Shown here: positions 19,052 through 26,728 of the stretch, piece by piece
Layout: every line of letters begins with the position of its first letter
How positions within the stretch are numbered: position 1 is the first letter of the stretch
Source: Clostridia bacterium
GTDB lineage: Bacteria; Bacillota; Clostridia; Oscillospirales; CAG-272
Assembly (NCBI GenBank): GCA_017504205.1
Contig: JAFVRO010000022.1
Location: forward strand, 35,292-99,291
Direction: 5' to 3'
Length of the DNA stretch: 64,000 nucleotides
Program-made: the position numbers and the translations under genes
Notes under the pieces: model-generated
Seen by the model: the letters and a program-made list of their open reading frames with translations, nothing else
Databases searched by the model: none
Told to the model about the DNA's origin: nothing

Positions 19052-20491
19052 ATGAAAATTTGCGTAAACAGATCGCAAAAAATCGGGAAATACTATGATC
19101 CGACACGTTGGCAGAATAGTACTCTCAGATATTCTCCACCCGAGAATTTTCCCGCCCATATGGCAAAAGAGATCGGCAGGGCAGAGATCATGCGTACCTT
19201 TATAACTCTCGATGAATATTTTGATTACCGTACAGGTGAGTTTTTCCCGGATTACGATATCGGGGTTGCGCGTTATCCCGCAGATGAGCTTCACTACGCA
19301 TACGATTGGGGCAATATCGTTCCTGCACCCTCCGGCACACGTTTTAAGGCGTATCTTACTTCACATTCAAGACAGGCAGACGAGCTTTTGCTTAACGTAC
19401 GCCGCTATGAGCGCGAGGTTTCTGACGGTATCATAACGTATGAGGAATACGAACGTATTTTTGAGAAAGCAGTGGAATATTGCAAGGAGCTTGCGCCGAA
19501 TATCAGATATATTGAGTGCTGCAACGAGGTGGAGCTGAAATCCTTCGGTCTCCTCACCACGGACGAGTACATAAAAATATATCTGTGCGCCCACCGCGCG
19601 ATCAAGAGGTTGAACGAGAAGCATTCATATGCAGTTCCGCTTGAGCTTGGCGGTTACGCAGCGTCAAAGCCCATACCGCTGTGGGACTTTATGTTCAATG
19701 TTGTAAAAGGTCTTAAAAACGAAGGCGTCGAGATGGATTTTTATTCTTATCACTTTTACGCAAATTCGGCTACGTTGGGACTTATACGCGGCAAAAAATA
19801 TGATATCGCAAAGCTTTCAGCCACCGAGAAGCTCCGCAAATTACTGGAGCTTCACGAAAATATGCTGAGTGAGCTTAAGCTCCCAAAAAGAAAGATATTT
19901 ATAGACGAGTTGGGACAGGCACGTACAACAGGAATCGACGGAGACTCTATACATAATGCGTCAGGCATTATACCGCTCCTCATCTTTCTCGGTTGTGAAA
20001 AGGATCCTGCGATGTGTCCCTTCCCGTGGTGTACCTTCCACAATCCAAATCTCCAAATTTCATTCACGCAGTTCCTTCTTTGCGATGACGGAAGCTATGC
20101 TATGACACCTAACGGTATTGCTATTAAGATGCTTCATAGCATTAAGGGAACTCGCCTTGATACCAAGGTTACCGAAACCGTATCACGCGACGGTGAATAC
20201 TGTGCAGTTGCAACAGAGGATGAGAGCGGAATATATATCCTTTGCTCTAACCCCTCGGCGGAGGCTGTTATAGGTGAACTCGAAATATCCGGAATGCAGT
20301 CCGGAGACTATACCGTCAACTCATTCCTTTGCGATCCTCTGCATAATAACTGCGTTACGGGAAAGGACTGCACCGGAAAGCAGCTTGAACAGACCGGTAC
20401 AGCACTCCGACACGCTAATGAAGACGGTATGCTCAGGCATGTATTTTCTCTCGAAAAATTCTCCTTCGTGCTTTTCAAAATAGAACTCTGA
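19052..20491 (+). CDS. Putative cytoplasmic glycoside hydrolase, clan GH-A TIM barrel (GH39-like)
   Basis: Candidate acid/base NE in IRYIECCNEVE and candidate nucleophile E in KIFIDELGQ, at spacing typical of clan A. No signal peptide. Family not resolved by eye. Confidence 0.45.
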   Translation: MKICVNRSQKIGKYYDPTRWQNSTLRYSPPENFPAHMAKEIGRAEIMRTFITLDEYFDYRTGEFFPDYDIGVARYPADELHYAYDWGNIVPAPSGTRFKAYLTSHSRQADELLLNVRRYEREVSDGIITYEEYERIFEKAVEYCKELAPNIRYIECCNEVELKSFGLLTTDEYIKIYLCAHRAIKRLNEKHSYAVPLELGGYAASKPIPLWDFMFNVVKGLKNEGVEMDFYSYHFYANSATLGLIRGKKYDIAKLSATEKLRKLLELHENMLSELKLPKRKIFIDELGQARTTGIDGDSIHNASGIIPLLIFLGCEKDPAMCPFPWCTFHNPNLQISFTQFLLCDDGSYAMTPNGIAIKMLHSIKGTRLDTKVTETVSRDGEYCAVATEDESGIYILCSNPSAEAVIGELEISGMQSGDYTVNSFLCDPLHNNCVTGKDCTGKQLEQTGTALRHANEDGMLRHVFSLEKFSFVLFKIEL

Positions 20492-20596
20492 AAAAATACG
20501 TTTCCATATACCTTCATTTTCTTAAAGCCAGACCCATGAATATACATTTACTTTCCGGAATGCCTGGGCGCTGAAACTGAATTTGAGTATCCCTTA

Positions 20597-20625
20597 TGAC
20601 GCAATTATAATGATTGCGTCATTTT
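20597..20625 (+). terminator. Hairpin terminator after the GH-like gene
   Basis: tgacgcaat / attgcgtca stem followed by TTTT. Confidence 0.6.
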
Positions 20626-20705
20626 GCTTATTGTGAGTGAAAAGGTTGACTTATACGAAACAATATGATATAATGAGAGTGCAAAAAACTTTTTGGAGAA
20701 CTATT

Positions 20706-21509
20706 ATGGAGAATAAAAACATTATCGGCTTGCGACTTCACTTCTGTAAGCTCAAGCCCAATAACAGCTTCTATACCAATCAGTGCCCGAATCTATGCGA
20801 GTATACGATTATTGACTGCACGTCGCGAAACCAAGAGTTGTGTCAAGATCTGTCACCGTTTTTTCTCGGTCCTGTAACCGGTACGGACGGCGCAACGGCA
20901 TCAACAGTCGAAACCTTTTTCCAGTGCGGAAAGGTATATCCTTGCCACGATAACGGAGGCACTCCTACAAAGGCGTTTTTTGAGTGGAGAGATATGATGT
21001 ACAGAAAAGCGATCGGTGAGCTTTCAAAGGACGAGCTTCGCCATCCGCAACGTCAGCTTGGATATGAGGCAAGCGACTGCCTCTATTTCCCTTGGTATGA
21101 TGAAAGTCAGGGGAAATACATTCCCCTTGATTATGTAACCTCCCGAAAAAAGGTTTATATTCCGAATTATGCGCGTCTTGTAAGCCAAACCGAAACATTT
21201 AAAGAATTAAAAGCCCTTGTGGATAAAGGTAAAAAAATAGCCTTGGCTGACTTTGATACTTACAATTATTATGACGAGAACGCCATGAAAAAGAAATTCA
21301 TGTCTTATATAAACAAATGTAAAAAGGATCACGTTGAACCATCCGTCACACTGGATGATTTCTTGAGAATTAAAAGTATGAAAGATGTTTTCAGCTGCTC
21401 TTTCATGCCTGCCGGCCACGCGTTCGTGATCAAGGCTCTCCTGCAAGGTGACCTTGAGGTGACAGATAGCGGCGTGGTTATTGACCGTGGGATGGTTCTC
21501 GGTATATGA
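20706..21509 (+). CDS. Hypothetical protein with a possible divergent NADAR (YbiA/DUF1768-like) core
   Basis: DLSPFFLGPVTGTDGATASTVETFFQCGKVY aligns by eye with E. coli YbiA FSNFAAWPIKVDGKTWPTSEHYFQAQKF. Its own promoter is TTGACT-17-TATAAT at 20646-20674, so the start is the ATG at 20706 (RBS ggaga). Confidence 0.35.
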   Translation: MENKNIIGLRLHFCKLKPNNSFYTNQCPNLCEYTIIDCTSRNQELCQDLSPFFLGPVTGTDGATASTVETFFQCGKVYPCHDNGGTPTKAFFEWRDMMYRKAIGELSKDELRHPQRQLGYEASDCLYFPWYDESQGKYIPLDYVTSRKKVYIPNYARLVSQTETFKELKALVDKGKKIALADFDTYNYYDENAMKKKFMSYINKCKKDHVEPSVTLDDFLRIKSMKDVFSCSFMPAGHAFVIKALLQGDLEVTDSGVVIDRGMVLGI

Positions 21510-21649
21510 GAATTGACAGGATGTGATAGACGTGTTATGCAAAAATGCATTTGAAAAATCAAGCTATAAAGAACAGAGCATAAACGAAAGGATATAAGCA
21601 ATGCCCCGGCTCGAACTGTTAAAACAAAAGTGTCTGAGTGTGAAACCGC

Positions 21650-21678
21650 TTGAAAAAACGTACGAGGTGTGATATAAT
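21650..21678 (+). promoter_or_regulatory. Sigma-A type promoter of the EVE-nuclease gene
   Basis: TTGAAA, 17 nt, TATAAT. Confidence 0.55.
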
Positions 21679-21695
21679 TATAACAACGAAACGAG

Positions 21696-22856
21696 GTGAG
21701 CATTGTGGCTGAAAAGAAAGAAAAACAATATGCGAGCGATAATGCTAAACAATGGGATTTGGGCAAGAACGATGAGTTAAAGTGCGATTTTATTAATGCA
21801 CATATTAATAACATTAGTTTCCCTAAAACCATAGAGCAACTTGAAGATTTTATCTACAAACATGGTTGCTACAACGTAGAAGATGTGCTAAACGAAGCAG
21901 ATGAAGGTTATACCGTTTGGACAGTTCCTCGTAGCAGTGTTGTTGGCGATGTTGTCATATATTTCCATGCAAAAACTGCAATACAATGGATAAGAAAACT
22001 GGAAACCGCTACCAAGACTTTGGACCCTAAAATGCATGACAAGAATCTTTTGGTTGAATGGCTTCAACGGGCACGAGCTTTGTACTCATTATATGGTGGC
22101 AAAATTTTTGCTATAGGTCGGATTAGTAGCAGACCAGAAAAAGAGGACGAGCTCGAGTTTCAGCAACATTGGTCTGGTCGAATTTATGCTGATGTAAAAG
22201 ATTTGTATTTACTAGAAACTCCTATTGATATTTCGGAATTCAATTCTTATATTTTGGTTTCACGGCAAAGTGCAATAACTCCTTTACCTTCGAAGGAATT
22301 TGAAAAACTAAAATTGCTTATAGAAAGAAAAAACCCTAATGCCCCAAAATGGTTTTTAGAGAGTAATATTGGTGACAATATGCTCTCGAAGGTAAATCAA
22401 AACAACTTTTTAGAAATCACAAGTTCGTACCGAAAAAGATTCCCGTTAGAAATCAATTTTCGATCATATTATGTTGACTATTTTTTGAAAACGTTATCTG
22501 GCAAAAATGTTTATAGAGAATGTATATGCCACACAGCGAAAACACCTTTGGCACGTGTTGATAATGTGTTTGAGTTTGATGGTAAAAGGATATTGTTAGA
22601 GGTAAAGCTCAATATTGAGTTGGAAGATGACTTAATCTCTCAACTGCATCAATACATATATGCTGAATATATTTGTTTGTCAAATGTCCCCAACCATAGC
22701 ACAACGTACTTTGAGAGGGATTTTATGTTTGTCATAGATGTGTACTCAATGTATAGGTACGATGTAAAAGACAAAAAACTTAACAAGATATTTGACTTGG
22801 ATGAAATAAAAAGCAAAAACGATATTATAACCAAAATGCGAAATGCGACAATGTAA
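21696..22856 (+). CDS. Two-domain protein: PUA/EVE-like N-terminal half fused to a RecB/Cas4-type PD-(D/E)xK nuclease (candidate modification-dependent restriction enzyme)
   Basis: Nuclease motifs are D289 (ARVDNVF), E302-x-K304 (LLEVK) and Q316-xxx-Y320 (QLHQY). The N-terminal half has the pattern GDVVIYFH..IFAIGRISS..YADV..PIDISEF..PLPSKEFEKL. The gene is visibly AT-rich. The true start may be the GTG at 21705. Confidence 0.5.
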   Translation: MSIVAEKKEKQYASDNAKQWDLGKNDELKCDFINAHINNISFPKTIEQLEDFIYKHGCYNVEDVLNEADEGYTVWTVPRSSVVGDVVIYFHAKTAIQWIRKLETATKTLDPKMHDKNLLVEWLQRARALYSLYGGKIFAIGRISSRPEKEDELEFQQHWSGRIYADVKDLYLLETPIDISEFNSYILVSRQSAITPLPSKEFEKLKLLIERKNPNAPKWFLESNIGDNMLSKVNQNNFLEITSSYRKRFPLEINFRSYYVDYFLKTLSGKNVYRECICHTAKTPLARVDNVFEFDGKRILLEVKLNIELEDDLISQLHQYIYAEYICLSNVPNHSTTYFERDFMFVIDVYSMYRYDVKDKKLNKIFDLDEIKSKNDIITKMRNATM

Positions 22857-23129
22857 ATATATCGCATAAATTGGCAAACTAATCAAACAAAAGATAAGTG
22901 TCACATTATGCACCGCTTTTTTCACCGCATAGGCGGTTGTATCCAAATTATAATCAATATCCCCCCAAGCACCGCACCCTGATACCCCCAGTATCACAAA
23001 CCGGTGCTTATTTTTCTCCCCACCCGCTTGTACTTTTTCAATTTTTATGCTATAATATCATCGTCGCGCCCCAATTTATCCAATCACCGCGCACACCACA
23101 CACAAACATACTTTGAAACGGAGCAAACA

Positions 23130-23993
23130 ATGCTTAAAAAAATACTCAAGGAATATTCCATAATCACCTTCGGAACCGCTCTTTCGGCGGTGGCAATATA
23201 CTTTTTTATGTTGCCAAGCCACGTAGCCGTCGGAAGCGGCTCGGCTCTTGCTATGATACTCAGTACCTTCATACCTCTCCCCGTTTCGGTCATATCCCTG
23301 TTACTGAACGTCATCCTGCTTATTTTGGGATTTCTCTTAATAGGCCGCGAGTTCGGCGCAAAAACCGTCTATACCTGCATATTGCTTCCACTTATGATAG
23401 GCGTATGCGAAATGATATTCCCGAATCAACCTTCCCTTACCAACGATCCGTTGCTTGATACCCTCTGCTACGTCCTCGTCGTTGGTCTTGGAATGGCAAT
23501 ACTTTTCTCCTGCAACGCATCCTCCGGCGGCCTTGATATCATCGCAAAGATAATGAATAAATTTCTCAGAATACCGATCGGCACCGCACTGTCCGTATCG
23601 GGACTTCTTATCGCTTTTTCATCGGCATTTATCTATGACACCAAAACGGCAGTTCTCAGCGTGCTCGGTACTTACTTCAGCGGAATGGTAGTCGACCGCT
23701 TTATCTTCGGACTTAATATCAAACGCCGCGTTTGCATCCTGTCCGCGCGCATCGACGATATAACCGATTTTATTCTTCATACCCTCCATAGCGGTGCCAC
23801 TCTGTATGAAAGCATAGGCGCATACGATAATACCGTGCGCCGTGAAATAGTTACCATAGTCAATAACCATGAATACCGTCAGCTGATGGAATTCATACGC
23901 AAGACCGATCCTAAAGCCTTTGTGACCGTCATTTCAGTCAATGAACTAAGATATCAACCCAAGGTCGCATCGGACACCCAAAGGAAAAAATAA
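23130..23993 (+). CDS. YitT family membrane protein (DUF2179 C-terminal domain)
   Basis: 5-6 TM helices followed by a soluble C-terminal domain. Start trimmed to MLKKILKEY behind promoter TTGTAC-17-TATAAT. Confidence 0.65.
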   Translation: MLKKILKEYSIITFGTALSAVAIYFFMLPSHVAVGSGSALAMILSTFIPLPVSVISLLLNVILLILGFLLIGREFGAKTVYTCILLPLMIGVCEMIFPNQPSLTNDPLLDTLCYVLVVGLGMAILFSCNASSGGLDIIAKIMNKFLRIPIGTALSVSGLLIAFSSAFIYDTKTAVLSVLGTYFSGMVVDRFIFGLNIKRRVCILSARIDDITDFILHTLHSGATLYESIGAYDNTVRREIVTIVNNHEYRQLMEFIRKTDPKAFVTVISVNELRYQPKVASDTQRKK

Positions 23994-24018
23994 GCGTCAA
24001 AAAGAGGTTCACAGTAAA

Positions 24019-24438
24019 ATGAAAAAAGTAATCGTCAGTGCCTGCCTGTTGGGCGAAAACTGTAAATACAACGGCGGCAACAACTATTGCTCCGAAGTCA
24101 TAAAATATATTCAGGGCAGAGAAGTGATCCCCGTTTGCCCCGAGGTTCTTGCAGGCCTTGGTACGCCGAGAACTCCCATCGAGATCCGCGACGGCAAGGT
24201 GTATGATAAAAACGGCGTGTGCGTCGATGCCGCAATCTGCGGAGCAGTAAAAAGCATACTGGACTCCATCGAGCCCACCGAAATCGAATGCGCAATATTG
24301 AAATCCCGAAGCCCCACCTGTGGCGTAAAGCAAATACACGACGGCACTTTCTCAGGCACACTCATTGACGGTATGGGTACCCTTGCCCGCGCCCTCTCCG
24401 ACGCCGGAATAAAGGTTGTGGACTCCGAGGACGTTTGA
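24019..24438 (+). CDS. DUF523 family protein (2-thiouracil desulfurase-like)
   Basis: N-terminal VIVSACLLGENCKYNGG and a later CPE..GL..PR block typical of DUF523. Confidence 0.7.
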   Translation: MKKVIVSACLLGENCKYNGGNNYCSEVIKYIQGREVIPVCPEVLAGLGTPRTPIEIRDGKVYDKNGVCVDAAICGAVKSILDSIEPTEIECAILKSRSPTCGVKQIHDGTFSGTLIDGMGTLARALSDAGIKVVDSEDV

Positions 24439-24464
24439 TAACATGTATCAATAGATAAAAACAA

Positions 24465-24840
24465 CGAGAGTGCATATAGCGTGATGTCGTTAGCGGAGAA
24501 TTAAAAAAACACCATGAAGTGCGAGCATCGCATTTGACCGGTCAAACGTATTATGGGCTAAGCCCAAACCCTTATAACAAGCAGAAAAAGCAAACACGCA
24601 AGGCATAAGACCTTATGTGTCTGCTCTTTTTCTGTCGGTTTTAGTTTGGAGTTATGAGGCTCGCTATGCTCGCCGTTATGAATTTGATGCGCAATTGTTA
24701 TGATATGATTGCCCTACTAACCTATAACTTGGCGAAGCCAATCATAACTATGCGAAGCATATCATAACTCATAACTTGCCCTAGGGGCAATCATAGTTCA
24801 GCGTGATACTCCGTTAAGAGTATCACGCTATACACTCTCG
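24465..24840. repeat. 376-bp non-coding element bounded by 19/21-nt inverted repeats, containing heptad repeats and mini-hairpins
   Basis: Left end cgagagtgcatatagcgtgat versus the reverse complement of the right end, cgagagtgtatagcgtgat. 3x GTTATGA, 3x TCATAAC plus 2 degenerate copies, and two exact GCGAAGC cores. See findings. Confidence 0.6.
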
Positions 24841-24871
24841 CCATTTTTTATTTACTTTAACCGCAAAAATA

Positions 24872-26728
24872 TTACGGCACTTGTCGGTACTTTTCCGACT
24901 GCAGATAAAACATCTCGGCGTATTTTCCACCCTTTTCAAGCAACTCGGTGTGGCTGCCTTCCTCGACTAAACGTCCCGTATCAAACATATAGATACGGTC
25001 CGCAATCCGCGTGGTGGAAAGTCTGTGCGATATGAATATTACCGTCTTGTCCTTCGTGCCGTCCAGGATGGATTGATTGAGATTGTACTCCGCCATCGGA
25101 TCAAGCGCACTTGACGGCTCGTCCATAATGATTATCGGATAATCCCTTGCAAAAGTTCGCGCAATTGCCACCTTCTGAGCCTCACCGCCCGAAAGGTTTG
25201 TGCCCGTATCGTCGAACTCCCTCGTCAGATGCGTTTTGATACCCTTTTCCATCCGTCCAAGCCTCTCGGTAAAATCCGCCGACTCAAGCGCACGGTATAC
25301 GGTATCCTCGTCTCCGTCGACGTATTCTCCGTTCATTACGTTCTCAGCAACCGACGTCGCAAATATCTTGTAATCCTGGAAAACCGTGCCGATCATTTGC
25401 CTGTAAGCCGTCGGCTCGAATTCGCGTATATCGATGCCGTTGTAAAGTATTACGCCCTCGGTGGGATCGTACAGACGCATTATAAGCTTTATCAGTGTCG
25501 TTTTTCCCGCACCGTTGTATCCGACAAGAGCGATCTTATCACCGCGCCTGAAGCTGAGATTTACGTTCACCAATGCCTCACGCCCGTCACCGTCACTCTT
25601 TTGCACCTCGTGATCCTCGTCGTGATATTTGTACTTCGGGTGCGCCGAGAACTCGTAAGAGAAGCCGACTCCCCTGAATTCAAGACTTTCAAATTCGGGT
25701 ATGTCTGTGCGCCCCTTTTGTATGCGCGGCTCAAATCTCAAAAACTCAAGATACTTTTCTATGTACAGCGAATGCTTGGGGTATTTCGTCAACCTCTCGA
25801 TAAGATCGGTCAGCAACCAACGTATCTCCCATATGACCGATACGCTCGCCGCAAAGCCGCCCACCTCAAGGCTTCCCGCCGACAATAGCGTTATCATATA
25901 AATTATAATGGAATAAAAGGTAAGATCCCCGACCGTGTTCCATCCCACACCGTAAAGCCAGAAATAGAGCTTTCCGTACTTGCGCTCGCACGCTACCATT
26001 TTTTCGGTGTTTTCATCATACTCACGCATCAGAAGCTCGTCCGCGTGACGGATGCGTATCTCCTTTGCATAATCAGACAGATGATAAACACGGTTGATAT
26101 AATCCTTCTTGCGTTGAAGCGGATTCATCTCCTTGCTCTGCTTGAAGCTGACCTTGTTGCCTATAAGGTTGCAAACAACGGTTATACAGGACGATGAAAA
26201 CAGTATCAATGCAATTATCGGATCTATCGTGATAAGTATTCCAAAAAGCGTCAGGGACGAAACCGTGCGGCTTATCAGCTTTCCCGTGTCCTCAAGCACC
26301 TCGATGGCTCGCTTGTCGGACTCGTTCATTGCCCATACGAAGTCATTGTAAAACTCCGGATCATCAAAGCAGGAAAGATCAAGCGACTGCGATTTTTTGA
26401 ACAACTCCTCGTGCATCTTAAGATGCAGTCTGTCACGCATAAGCGGATTGTGTATTTTCCAATACCACCTGTCAAACGCATACGCAAAAGCGTAAAATAA
26501 CGCCATAACGCCAATAATTTTAAATGCGTACGAAAGCTCCGCTCCTCCGTCAACCGCGTTGAGAAGGGAATAAGAAAGCATTGCCGCCGCCGAATTGATG
26601 ATACCCCATACAAGCCCCTCTACTATCATAAGTAAAAAGTAGTCAGGCGTGTAGCGCGCGATTTTTCCAAGCATAATCAAATTGTTTTTGAATATTGAAC
26701 TTAATTTTTGCCTTTGCTTTTTAGCCAT
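24872..26728 (-). CDS. ABC exporter, fused TMD-NBD half-transporter (second subunit of a heterodimeric pair)
   Basis: 6-TM N-terminal domain, Walker A GYNGAGKTT, signature LSGGEAQKVAIARTF, Walker B IIIMDEPSSALD. Confidence 0.9.
   Translation of the reverse strand: MAKKQRQKLSSIFKNNLIMLGKIARYTPDYFLLMIVEGLVWGIINSAAAMLSYSLLNAVDGGAELSYAFKIIGVMALFYAFAYAFDRWYWKIHNPLMRDRLHLKMHEELFKKSQSLDLSCFDDPEFYNDFVWAMNESDKRAIEVLEDTGKLISRTVSSLTLFGILITIDPIIALILFSSSCITVVCNLIGNKVSFKQSKEMNPLQRKKDYINRVYHLSDYAKEIRIRHADELLMREYDENTEKMVACERKYGKLYFWLYGVGWNTVGDLTFYSIIIYMITLLSAGSLEVGGFAASVSVIWEIRWLLTDLIERLTKYPKHSLYIEKYLEFLRFEPRIQKGRTDIPEFESLEFRGVGFSYEFSAHPKYKYHDEDHEVQKSDGDGREALVNVNLSFRRGDKIALVGYNGAGKTTLIKLIMRLYDPTEGVILYNGIDIREFEPTAYRQMIGTVFQDYKIFATSVAENVMNGEYVDGDEDTVYRALESADFTERLGRMEKGIKTHLTREFDDTGTNLSGGEAQKVAIARTFARDYPIIIMDEPSSALDPMAEYNLNQSILDGTKDKTVIFISHRLSTTRIADRIYMFDTGRLVEEGSHTELLEKGGKYAEMFYLQSEKYRQVP

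Noticed and set aside
21329-21832. 167-aa minus-strand ORF spanning the gap between the two islet genes.
   Set aside because: It runs antisense through the 3' end of one gene, the intergenic promoter and the 5' end of the next. It has no RBS and is hydrophobic junk-like sequence.
18874-23000. Integrated mobile element at tRNA-Leu(GAG), meaning a genomic island with att sites.
   Set aside because: I found no direct repeat of the tRNA 3' end downstream (checked by eye to about 23.1 kb) and no integrase or transposase gene. Only the compositional oddity of the 21.7-22.9 kb gene remains, and that is reported as a finding.
23004-23129. N-terminal extension of the YitT-family ORF, and the overlapping 72-aa ORF at 22898-23116.
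   Set aside because: The extension covers the gene's own promoter (TTGTAC-17-TATAAT) and the terminator of the upstream gene. A good RBS and ATG lie at 23130.
24465-24840. CRISPR array or retron msr/msd as an explanation for the repeat-rich non-coding element.
   Set aside because: The repeats are 7-nt heptads and 13-15-nt palindromes, not 25-40-nt direct repeats with unique spacers. No cas genes and no reverse transcriptase are adjacent, so neither model fits.
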